This document shows, in pieces, positions 8,647 through 16,286 of a stretch of 45,036 bases of DNA; within the stretch, counting starts at the first letter, position 1, and the number at the start of each line of letters is the position of its first letter. The notes under the pieces were generated by a model. That model ran no database searches. It was not told the DNA's origin and worked only from the letters and a program-made list of their open reading frames with translations. The DNA is taken from the IMG/VR virus record IMGVR_UViG_3300032221_000187, positions 1 to 45,036 of that record, one strand, 5' to 3'. The position numbers were made by a program, and so were the translations under genes. Source of the stretch: a virus. Lineage: Duplodnaviria; Caudoviricetes.

Positions 8647-8664
8647 GTTACCTATGCAGCTAAC
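8647..8664. promoter_or_regulatory. Operator-like site GTTACCTATGCAGCTAAC
   Basis: Consensus copy 15 bp upstream of the 550-aa gene start. Confidence 0.7.
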
Positions 8665-8678
8665 TTAAGAGGCTAATC

Positions 8679-10331
8679 ATGTTTCAGCTTGTCAATTTGA
8701 CTACGGGTGAGTTCCTCACTCGTAAAAACGGTCACACGTTTACACTCGACGATGGCCGCAAGGCATCCCGAGCAGCGCGCCTCTTAACCAAACCGGGGGG
8801 CGTCAAGTATCAGCCGCGTAAAGTAGCGCCTGTCGTTGACCTCTCATGGCGTCAGCGTGAGCAGGATCGCTTTAATAGTGGTGAGTATCTGCCACTGTGT
8901 GCTGACTTGGCGTTCCATGCCAAGCTGGCTAAACCGTTGCACTATGCACATACGGCCAAGCGCAAGCCCACACTTATTGCCTACACTAAAGATGATGAGC
9001 GTGGCGCAGCCGATAAACAGTCAGTGATGACGATTGAAGCCTATATTGAACTGATAGCGCAAGAACACTGGTCGACGCAGTTAAAGACTGCGCTTGCTAA
9101 AAGACAGCTAGAATATGCAACCGCAGCATACAAGCCATTCTTGTTGGCGACGGATGCTGACGATATTGTTAGTGTATATACTAACTACGATGAGGACAGT
9201 GAGAGTGTATCTAAATCATGTATGCGCTTCGAGGAAGATGACAGCACATGGTCAAAAGTTGACGGTAAACGGTATCACCCTTGCCGTGTGTATGCTGCTG
9301 GCGATCTCGCTGTTGCTTATCTGACAAATGATGACGGTTACACGGTTGCACGTGCCCTTGTCTGGCCCGAGCGTAAACTATTCAGCCGTGTCTATGATAG
9401 CTCTGGCAGGTTAACGCCATTACTTAAACATGCAGGTTATACGCCGAGTTATTACCACGACAGTAGCAACACGTCATTCAGAGGCGCGAAGTTACTCAAA
9501 ATAATTACTGACGACGACAAAATTGTTGCGCCTTATCTCGATGAGGTGGGCTACGTAGATATACTCGACGACGGCCTTGTTATTGGTGGTCAATATCCTG
9601 CGCGTAGCACTGATGGTGTGCTTGAGCGTGACAACATTACATCTGACCACGATTGGATATGTGAGCACTGTGAGGAGGGCTTTTCTGAGGGTGACTATTC
9701 ATACGAGGTCTATACCCGTGGCAATCAAACACGGTCGCAGACATGGTGTGAACATTGCCGTATGGATAGTGCGTTCTACTGCGAAGGCACTACTGAATAT
9801 TACAGCGACGCACATGTCGAGTGCCGCACTATAGATAACATGTCGTATTGCGGCGCATATGCCGACGAACATGCGCAATACTGTGACCTCAACGAGGAAT
9901 ATACTTTTGAGGAAACCGAAGAAGTTATCATCAAGGTCGATGATGACGGCGAAGAGCATACAGAAAGTTGGAGCGAGGGCGCACGTGAAGAGTATGCCTA
10001 CCTCGGGTGGGATAGCCGTTGGTATCACAAGGATATTGAGTGCGTCACAGTCATTAGTGAGCGGTATCTTCCACTTACACGGTCACGCACAACTCGTAGT
10101 CCAGATGGCGTGTATCCCTATTACACCAGCTTTGTGGAGATTGCTTGGTATTACGACCGCAAGCAAAAGATACCACAATACATGATCGATAATGGCAGCG
10201 CACGTGTCGTCGAGGCTGATGGCGTCAGTTACCTGTCGGGCTATCGTGATTACTATCCAGTGTGGCGTCCGCGCTTGGACGTTGGCCCACTGGTTAACAT
10301 AATGGAGGAACCCTACTATGTCGCTGCTTAA
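8679..10331 (+). CDS. Large hypothetical early protein with acidic Cys-rich (CxxC) C-terminal repeats
   Basis: 550 aa. Core SCM...ARALVW...RVY...PYLD, then CEHC...CEHC...YCE and acidic segments. Confidence 0.7.
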   Translation: MFQLVNLTTGEFLTRKNGHTFTLDDGRKASRAARLLTKPGGVKYQPRKVAPVVDLSWRQREQDRFNSGEYLPLCADLAFHAKLAKPLHYAHTAKRKPTLIAYTKDDERGAADKQSVMTIEAYIELIAQEHWSTQLKTALAKRQLEYATAAYKPFLLATDADDIVSVYTNYDEDSESVSKSCMRFEEDDSTWSKVDGKRYHPCRVYAAGDLAVAYLTNDDGYTVARALVWPERKLFSRVYDSSGRLTPLLKHAGYTPSYYHDSSNTSFRGAKLLKIITDDDKIVAPYLDEVGYVDILDDGLVIGGQYPARSTDGVLERDNITSDHDWICEHCEEGFSEGDYSYEVYTRGNQTRSQTWCEHCRMDSAFYCEGTTEYYSDAHVECRTIDNMSYCGAYADEHAQYCDLNEEYTFEETEEVIIKVDDDGEEHTESWSEGAREEYAYLGWDSRWYHKDIECVTVISERYLPLTRSRTTRSPDGVYPYYTSFVEIAWYYDRKQKIPQYMIDNGSARVVEADGVSYLSGYRDYYPVWRPRLDVGPLVNIMEEPYYVAA

Positions 10332-11301
10332 GTTTCAGCCCAAACATGCAGCGCGTGAACTGCATGAAATTCTCACGGTCAAACGGCCACACGGTAGCGC
10401 GTCGGAACATAAGTTCATCAAGCGTTACATTGATACATTGCCCGGCGTCACCGCTGATGGCTATGGCAACCGTCGTGTTGTTGTAGGTGGCGCAAAAGCT
10501 CCTGCAATAATGTGGTCGTGTCACACTGACACTGTGCATAACTCACACGGCACACAGACCATCATACGTGATGGCGACATGATACGGTTACACGGTAAGG
10601 AGCGCGCAAATTGTTTAGGCGCTGATGATGGCACTGGCGTGTGGCTCATGCGTCAAATGATTATGCGTGGCATACCCGGCCATTATGTGTTTCACCGTGG
10701 TGAAGAATGTGGTGGGCTTGGTTCAAGCTGGATTGCGTCGCATGACATACAATTCCTTACGCAGTTTCAATGCGCCATTGCCCTTGATCGCAAGGGTTAT
10801 AGCAGCGTCATAACGCATCAAGGGTCACGATGTGCAAGTGACTTATTTGCACAATCATTAGCAGATCAGTTGCCGACGAGCTTCAAGCCTGACGCGACGG
10901 GTGTGTTCACTGATACTGCAAACTATATCGACTTTATTCCTGAGTGCACGAACCTATCGGTTGGATATGGCGCGCAGCATTGCAAGAATGAGGCGCAGAA
11001 TGTTCCGTTCGCTATGAAATTACTTGAGGCGTTGTGCGATTTAAATCCTCGGGACTTGTCTATCGTTCGTGACCCTAAAGAGATTGATATTGGTTATTGG
11101 GGCACACGTTATACTGATTACTACAAGGATGATTGGTATGGCTCGGAATTTTGGGATGAAGTCAAGGCGCGTGGTTCGAGCAACTACGACAAACTCTTCG
11201 ATATTGTCAAAGATAATCCCAGCGTCATTGCGGATTATCTCGACCATATGGGCGTGGATGCTGACTTGTTCGAGGAACACCTCGGCATCTACGACAACTA
11301 A
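10318..11301 (+). CDS. Zn-dependent peptidase/amidohydrolase, M20/M28 family
   Basis: HTDTV, LGADDGTG, GEECGGLGS, LDRKG, TD and distal H (GYGAQH) metal-ligand motifs. Confidence 0.8.
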   Translation: MSLLKFQPKHAARELHEILTVKRPHGSASEHKFIKRYIDTLPGVTADGYGNRRVVVGGAKAPAIMWSCHTDTVHNSHGTQTIIRDGDMIRLHGKERANCLGADDGTGVWLMRQMIMRGIPGHYVFHRGEECGGLGSSWIASHDIQFLTQFQCAIALDRKGYSSVITHQGSRCASDLFAQSLADQLPTSFKPDATGVFTDTANYIDFIPECTNLSVGYGAQHCKNEAQNVPFAMKLLEALCDLNPRDLSIVRDPKEIDIGYWGTRYTDYYKDDWYGSEFWDEVKARGSSNYDKLFDIVKDNPSVIADYLDHMGVDADLFEEHLGIYDN

Positions 11302-11331
11302 GCCGCATATCAACGACTACTGGAGGTGGTG

Positions 11332-11532
11332 ATGCCAACATATAAAATCGTGAGAATGTATTTAGCAGCAGAACATGACATTGAAGTAATCGAGACGGGA
11401 CTAACACTACACGAAGCAAAGCAGCATTGCTGTGACAGAGAAACATCGTCACGAACCTGCACATTACCTGACCTTATTAAGTTAACCGCAGAGCGTGGCC
11501 CGTGGTTCGATGGGTTTGAGGAGGAACGCTGA
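11332..11532 (+). CDS. Hypothetical protein
   Basis: GGAGGT Shine-Dalgarno; TGLTLHEAKQHC...WFDGFEE. Confidence 0.6.
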   Translation: MPTYKIVRMYLAAEHDIEVIETGLTLHEAKQHCCDRETSSRTCTLPDLIKLTAERGPWFDGFEEER

Positions 11533-11948
11533 TGGCTAATTATTACACAGAATTTTCCGTCGAGCTTGATGTGCTCACTAAAGAAAATGTCGAGCGAGTT
11601 TATAAAATGTGGAGTGAACCCGCTAACCAAGACATGGAAGAGATATGTTGTGGATTTGACTTAAAGCCGGATAGCTCAACGAAGCTCTGGATCAATAGTG
11701 GCGACGAAGGCGGCGATGTCGACAGCCTTTGTTCGTTCATTAAACTGATTTGTTCTGAAATATTACTAACAGGAATATGGGGGTTTGAGTGGGCCAACAC
11801 ATGCTCGGGAAAACGCCTCGATGCGTTTGGCGGCGGCGCTGTGTTGTTTAACCTAAAGACCGGCGACCAGATTGACCATGTCAATACAAGTCAATGGCTG
11901 GCAAACGCCATGTATCATGCAAACGAGTTTAATGAGGTGACACCGTGA
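11532..11948 (+). CDS. Hypothetical protein
   Basis: 138 aa, translationally coupled; WGFEWANTCS...DAFGGGA. Confidence 0.65.
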   Translation: MANYYTEFSVELDVLTKENVERVYKMWSEPANQDMEEICCGFDLKPDSSTKLWINSGDEGGDVDSLCSFIKLICSEILLTGIWGFEWANTCSGKRLDAFGGGAVLFNLKTGDQIDHVNTSQWLANAMYHANEFNEVTP

Positions 11949-12199
11949 CACTATGCTTTGGAGGATGTCGTAACGCTAACGAGTTCTATGTCGATTACGA
12001 CGTAAACACCAAAGACTTTAACCGATACTACGTGCTCTCTTTTGATAGAGAGAAACGCTGGTGGTATGCCTTTGAGCGCGTAGCCAAGAGTGATGACGCT
12101 TGGTTTGATACGGAAGAAATAAATCTAACAAAAGAACAACTAGCCGCAATGCTAGAGGTAATGCCAGTAAGCGCGTTACCTGTGGAGGTATTTATATGA
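11945..12199 (+). CDS. Hypothetical protein
   Basis: GTGA overlap and GAGGT Shine-Dalgarno. Confidence 0.55.
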   Translation: MTLCFGGCRNANEFYVDYDVNTKDFNRYYVLSFDREKRWWYAFERVAKSDDAWFDTEEINLTKEQLAAMLEVMPVSALPVEVFI

Positions 12200-12558
12200 G
12201 CACAGATATAGAAATACGCATACACATTGAACGCAAGATAGTACGCGCCGTTGTCACGGAAGCAATAGCTAACGGTTACACGGTCACACATAATGACGGC
12301 GTAAACAATACAGTAACAGTAAGCGCGCCGTTAGATATTGGCCTGCTTATGGATCAGCTACATGCAACGGATGAGGAGTATCTGATTATCAATCACGCCG
12401 ATGGCAAGCGCGCCGGGTCTGTCATGCTTGTTTATGGCAACGATGGATATGACGTGATCGCAGATCACACGGCGTCACCGCTTATGGATAAGATCATTAA
12501 ACCTGCCGACATCATGGCGCGTAAGATGGAGGTCGATAGTTACGTGGGGGGAAAATGA
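12196..12558 (+). CDS. Hypothetical protein
   Basis: GGAGGT Shine-Dalgarno; LVYGNDGYDVIADH motif. Confidence 0.65.
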   Translation: MSTDIEIRIHIERKIVRAVVTEAIANGYTVTHNDGVNNTVTVSAPLDIGLLMDQLHATDEEYLIINHADGKRAGSVMLVYGNDGYDVIADHTASPLMDKIIKPADIMARKMEVDSYVGGK

Positions 12559-12791
12559 AAGCAGTTACCTTAGCAACTACTATGTCGCTTTTGACGGTGA
12601 CAAGTGCCCACGCGGTAAGCGCCGCAACATGTCGGGCGAGTATGATTGAAGATTGTTACACAGAGATTGAGCAGGTGTGTCGAGGTAAGCCGCCGCTCAT
12701 TATGGATAAGTCCTACTTCAACGGATCACTGTTTATACCTGAGTTGCCTACTGGTTGGTATCAGTGGGTGAAGATTATTTACAACTGCTAG
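12555..12791 (+). CDS. Small exported protein (signal peptide)
   Basis: MKAVTLATTMSLLTVTSAHA followed by a domain with 4 Cys. Confidence 0.55.
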   Translation: MKAVTLATTMSLLTVTSAHAVSAATCRASMIEDCYTEIEQVCRGKPPLIMDKSYFNGSLFIPELPTGWYQWVKIIYNC

Positions 12792-12799
12792 GAGCACAC

Positions 12800-13126
12800 A
12801 TGAAGAAAGTAGTTCTATTCACACTAGCTATGATGGGGAGTGCAAACGCTGTCGAATTTACAAAAGAACAATATAAACATCTGGCCTACATCAACGCGGC
12901 GGAAGTTTATGTCGTGGGTAATAGATGCCCAGGGCTTTACGTAGATTACAATTTAATTCGTGAGCGTAACGCACTGATGACGCCTGAACAGATGAAGCAC
13001 CTGACGACGGTTATATCATCTGACGCGCTGCCGATGTTCTTTAGGGTTGAGGCGAAGGATGGGATCGAGACAGTGTGTAGCATCATCCGTAAAAACAGAA
13101 ACTCAAAGACAATTAAGGGGGACTGA
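12800..13126 (+). CDS. Exported protein (signal peptide)
   Basis: AGGAG Shine-Dalgarno, MKKVVLFTLAMMGSANA, two Cys. Confidence 0.6.
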   Translation: MKKVVLFTLAMMGSANAVEFTKEQYKHLAYINAAEVYVVGNRCPGLYVDYNLIRERNALMTPEQMKHLTTVISSDALPMFFRVEAKDGIETVCSIIRKNRNSKTIKGD

Positions 13127-13380
13127 TGAGCACGCCCTCACACGCTTGGTTAGATGTTTTAATTTGGGTTGTTTGTCTTGGGTTATTTTTTGCTGTCGTT
13201 TATGCGGCGGCTAAAAGCAAAACACCGGGCAGCAGTCTCGCTGAAATCTTATTACTGACAAGCGGGCTTGAAGGGTTAATTGTCTGGGGTATCTGGCAAT
13301 TATTAAAGAAAGCAGACCGATGGCGTGGTGAACTAAACGACGCCGACACAAACAATGAGGAAAGTAATGACAAACGATGA
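13126..13380 (+). CDS. Two-TM membrane protein
   Basis: Two hydrophobic segments and a charged C-terminal tail. Confidence 0.55.
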   Translation: MSTPSHAWLDVLIWVVCLGLFFAVVYAAAKSKTPGSSLAEILLLTSGLEGLIVWGIWQLLKKADRWRGELNDADTNNEESNDKR

Positions 13381-13693
13381 AGCAGTAAATCTCGCGGTTA
13401 TGACAGCCAACATATGGGCCGACACTGACTGCATCGGGCACATGAGTTCACATGAACTTGCTACGCAGCTTATACGGTTACGTAGATTAGCAGCGACGGG
13501 TCGCGCCCTTGAGGTCAAAATCTGTAATGAACCAGTGGATGAGAACGAAGTCGAAGGTAAGCGTGCTCAATATAGATTGCGCGCTCAGAAAATAGCCAAA
13601 AAGCTACAGATCGACATCAAGATCCAGCATGACCCACGGGGTGCATACTTACAGTTGAGTGTGCCCGCCACTGGTGTGGAGTTCAGGATATGA
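13367..13693 (+). CDS. Hypothetical protein
   Basis: ORF 13355..13693; CNEP and HDPRGA motifs. Confidence 0.6.
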   Translation: MTNDEAVNLAVMTANIWADTDCIGHMSSHELATQLIRLRRLAATGRALEVKICNEPVDENEVEGKRAQYRLRAQKIAKKLQIDIKIQHDPRGAYLQLSVPATGVEFRI

Positions 13694-13926
13694 CAGTAAA
13701 AATCCTCGTAGCTTGGATAGCACTAATGACCCCGGCGATAGCGACGGAGTCTTTCAATACATACAAGTCTGGAGACGATAGCTATTCTACCTATGGGTCA
13801 AACGGTCAGGGGTATCAGACCTACGGGACGGGTAACGGGAACTATTCAACATACGGCAGCGACGGCACCAACTGCCAGACGTATTCAGATGGTAACGGTG
13901 GCGCATCTACATATTGCAACAGATAG
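13690..13926 (+). CDS. Small exported Gly/Ser/Thr/Tyr-repeat protein
   Basis: Signal peptide then repeated Y[SQ]TYG[ST][ND]G units. Confidence 0.6.
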   Translation: MTVKILVAWIALMTPAIATESFNTYKSGDDSYSTYGSNGQGYQTYGTGNGNYSTYGSDGTNCQTYSDGNGGASTYCNR

Positions 13927-13935
13927 GGGATTAAA

Positions 13936-14307
13936 ATGGACGCACAGACATTAACTAACGAACTCGCACACTTTACTGGCTCGGAGCAATTTTATCGTTA
14001 CCTGTTCGGGGTAACTTTGACAGAGGGCGCGAAGCATCTAGCAGAGAAGGCCAATGCCTTTTGGCTCATGGATATTATCGCCAGCTACCAGCATGAGCGT
14101 GAGTTTAAGAAGCACGCTGACTTCCAGACGTGGACGCTCAAGCTCGAGGCAGTGGGTGACGGTGAGCAGCCATCGGCCACGGTCACAGCGACGGACGGTG
14201 ACGGTAATGTATTAGCCGAGCAGCACATTGCGATGACGGACTTTCCTCTAAATGAAATCACGTTGTGGTTTGAGGGTGGAACTATTCTCTTACCGAGTGA
14301 GCACTGA
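13936..14307 (+). CDS. Conserved hypothetical protein (DUF6876-like)
   Basis: LAHFTGSEQFYR...TEGAKHLAE...FWLMDIIASYQ...TDFPL...ILLPSEH. Family recognised from memory. Confidence 0.6.
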   Translation: MDAQTLTNELAHFTGSEQFYRYLFGVTLTEGAKHLAEKANAFWLMDIIASYQHEREFKKHADFQTWTLKLEAVGDGEQPSATVTATDGDGNVLAEQHIAMTDFPLNEITLWFEGGTILLPSEH

Positions 14308-14308
14308 C

Positions 14309-14539
14309 ATGACAGTTACTAAGCCGCATTTGTTTCGCAAAGTTGGCGACAACATCATGACCGACCCTAAAGCCGTGGCGATGTATTACGCGGAAGACAA
14401 TCTGCTTGTCGTCTTAGATTGGTGGTGGGATGCGCAGCCCTCGCACATACAGAGTGTTGTGTGGAAATCGGCTGAACCTGTCATGTATCGGGCAGACTTT
14501 TATGGGACTACAGCGCCAGAATTTCGCTGGCGAGGTTAG
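14309..14539 (+). CDS. Hypothetical protein
   Basis: ORF 14252..14539, start at 14309 or later. Confidence 0.45.
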   Translation: MTVTKPHLFRKVGDNIMTDPKAVAMYYAEDNLLVVLDWWWDAQPSHIQSVVWKSAEPVMYRADFYGTTAPEFRWRG

Positions 14540-14552
14540 CTGCAAAGGTAAC
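14535..14552. promoter_or_regulatory. Operator-like site GTTAGCTGCAAAGGTAAC upstream of the RAMP operon
   Basis: Consensus copy of the 18-bp palindrome family. Confidence 0.7.
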
Positions 14553-14564
14553 GTGAGGCGCGGC

Positions 14565-14601
14565 CAGCACATTACGGTGTGCTGTGCGGGCAATCACGCC
14601 C
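14565..14601 (+). promoter_or_regulatory. Leader double hairpin structurally matching the array repeat
   Basis: CAGCAC-ATTACGGT-GTGCTG, 3 nt, GGGC-AATCAC-GCCC. Same ATTACGGT cap and 3-nt linker as the array repeat. Confidence 0.6.
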
Positions 14602-14619
14602 ATGTAGTAGAGGACTTTT

Positions 14620-15267
14620 ATGGCTATTCATTCACTGGATTTTCGATTGGTAGGAACATCACCGCTTCTTCTTAATAACCCGCAGACGGTTGACGCATTA
14701 TCAGCCGCGTCGATTGCGATTAAGGAGTTGAGCGGTAAGCGTAAGCGCACTGAAACCGAAGACATGGAACTTCGTAAGAAGAAATTCATGGCGGGTTTGT
14801 ATCTGACAAGTGATGGTGCGCCATATATCCCCGCTTACAACATCCAGCGTTCCGCCCAGGAAGCTGGCCGCTTATCTAAGCAGGGTAAGATTTGGGATCG
14901 TGGTGTATGGCTCACTGAGCATCAGTGTTTGCTAGATTACAAAGGCCCAAAGACAGCCGAGGGTTTGTGGGAGGACAAACGGTTTGTCGATAATCGTGAC
15001 GGTAAAGTTGGTAACGGCGCACGTATTGTCGTGACCCGCCCAATCTTTCACCAGTGGTCAGCCGACGTTAGCTTTAATTTTGAAGACGAGATTGCAAACC
15101 CAGGCGACATTGTCGCTCACTTGTTCCACGCCGGTAAGATGATTGGCGTTGGCACATATCGTCAGCGATTTGGTCGCTTTGATATTGAGGTATTGGGTGG
15201 CTCGGTTGACGTATCCAAATACACAAAAAACTTAGGCATTATTAATCACGTTAAGAAAGCTGCATAA
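14620..15267 (+). CDS. Stand-alone Cas7/RAMP-like RNA-binding protein (putative effector of the adjacent pentamer array)
   Basis: RAMP hallmarks in order: beta1 FRLVGTSPLLL; YIPAYNIQRSAQEA (compare Cas7 .IPGSSLKG.LR); hairpin ending VTRPIF; WSADVSFNF; C-terminal Gly-rich loop AGKMIGVGTYRQRFGRFDI. No other cas genes nearby. Confidence 0.75.
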   Translation: MAIHSLDFRLVGTSPLLLNNPQTVDALSAASIAIKELSGKRKRTETEDMELRKKKFMAGLYLTSDGAPYIPAYNIQRSAQEAGRLSKQGKIWDRGVWLTEHQCLLDYKGPKTAEGLWEDKRFVDNRDGKVGNGARIVVTRPIFHQWSADVSFNFEDEIANPGDIVAHLFHAGKMIGVGTYRQRFGRFDIEVLGGSVDVSKYTKNLGIINHVKKAA

Positions 15268-15268
15268 C

Positions 15269-15817
15269 ATGACAGACATTACAGATATGATTGACGACGA
15301 ATGGCCCTCAAACAATCCACCTGACCCGGTGGATGTTGACCATATACAGGTAGCGGTCGATAAGTTTCTTGCCAGCAATTTTGCTGACGGGCAGCTTATC
15401 ACGCACGCTTGGCTGCATGAGGCGCTCGGTATCCCCGAAGCGCCTGGCAGTATGCCGAAAGAACAGGCGCAGCCCTTGCAGTTCAGATATATGTCTGCGG
15501 TGGGTAAAGTTAGGGACATCTTGTTAGAGGAGCACTCCATCGCGCTGCGCAGCGTGCATGGTGACGGTTATTCTATTGTCCCGCCTGCCGAGCAGCCTGC
15601 ATGGGCCAAGAGGGGGCTGAACAAGGATTTGAACAAAGCGTTCATTCTCGCGTCAAGCCGCGCCACGTTTGTAAGGACTGACGGACTTACTGACGCACAA
15701 AAGAATGAGATGACGGCTGTTCAGGCTGGCATCAGTACCATGAAGTCCCACCTCTCTGCGGCTAGGGCCAAGGAGAAACGTGGTAACTTTTGGGATGTGA
15801 ATTCATCCGCTCAATAG
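15269..15817 (+). CDS. Accessory protein of the RAMP/array locus, wHTH-like N-domain plus helical C-domain
   Basis: Starts 1 nt after the RAMP stop and ends 8 nt before the array. ITHAWLHEALG...VGKVRDILLEEHSIALRSVHGDGYSIV resembles a helix plus wing. Confidence 0.6.
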   Translation: MTDITDMIDDEWPSNNPPDPVDVDHIQVAVDKFLASNFADGQLITHAWLHEALGIPEAPGSMPKEQAQPLQFRYMSAVGKVRDILLEEHSIALRSVHGDGYSIVPPAEQPAWAKRGLNKDLNKAFILASSRATFVRTDGLTDAQKNEMTAVQAGISTMKSHLSAARAKEKRGNFWDVNSSAQ

Positions 15818-15825
15818 AGGGTGTT

Positions 15826-16286
15826 TGCGTAGCGAAGCGCAGCGTAGCAAGGTTAAGCGAAGTCTAGCAAAGCTAAGCATAGCGCAGCAAAGAAGTCTTA
15901 CGACCTCTGCCGATTACGGTCGGCAGTAGCCGTTAGATGATAACGGAATTAGCCAAGTATAGCTAAGCGGAGCCTGGTTTAGCATAGCGTAGCCTTGTTT
16001 AGCAAAGCTAAGCATAGCGCAGCAAAGAAGTCTTACGACCTCTGCCGATTACGGTCGGCAGTAGCCGTTAGATGATAACGGAAACAGTATAGTATAGTGA
16101 TGTTTTGCGAAGCGCAGCGCAGCAAGGTCAAGCGAAGTTTAGCCGAGTTGAGCATAGCAAAGAAGTCTTACGACCTCTGCCGATTACGGTCGGCAGCAGC
16201 CGTTAGATGATAACGGATGGAGCCAAGCATAAGCCGAGCCTAGCATAGCAAAGCGGAGCATTGCCCTGCCCAGTAAAGCACAGCAG
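15826..16286 (+). ncRNA. Putative guide-RNA array: four (DGY-NN)n pentamer tracts separated by three 57-nt structured repeats
   Basis: Tracts 15826-15890 (13 units), 15951-16025 (15), 16086-16160 (15), 16221-16286 (13 plus one extra A). All 56 constant triplets are DGY: 39 AGC, 8 AGT, 4 TGC, 3 GGT, 2 TGT. Strand assumed from the operon. Confidence 0.8.
15891..16217 (+). repeat. 57-bp direct repeat x3 (15891-15947, 16026-16082, 16161-16217), period 135 bp
   Basis: AGAAGTCTTACGACCTCTGCCGATTACGGTCGGCAG(T/C)AGCCGTTAGATGATAACGGA, one substitution at 16197. Hairpins CTGCCGAT-TACG-GTCGGCAG and CCGTTA-GATGA-TAACGG. Confidence 0.95.

Noticed and set aside
13126-13380. Holin/lysis cassette
   Set aside because: Two-TM protein, but among early genes with no adjacent endolysin or spanin.
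15891-16217. Canonical CRISPR array
   Set aside because: Repeats are 57 bp and the 78-bp intervals are internally periodic pentamer tracts, not foreign-derived spacers. No cas1/cas2/cas6.
15826-16286. Simple microsatellite or low-complexity coding repeat
   Set aside because: Only three of five positions are constrained, tract length is fixed (75 nt in complete units), and tracts alternate with a conserved structured repeat. The minus-strand ORF 16203..16385 looks like a by-product.
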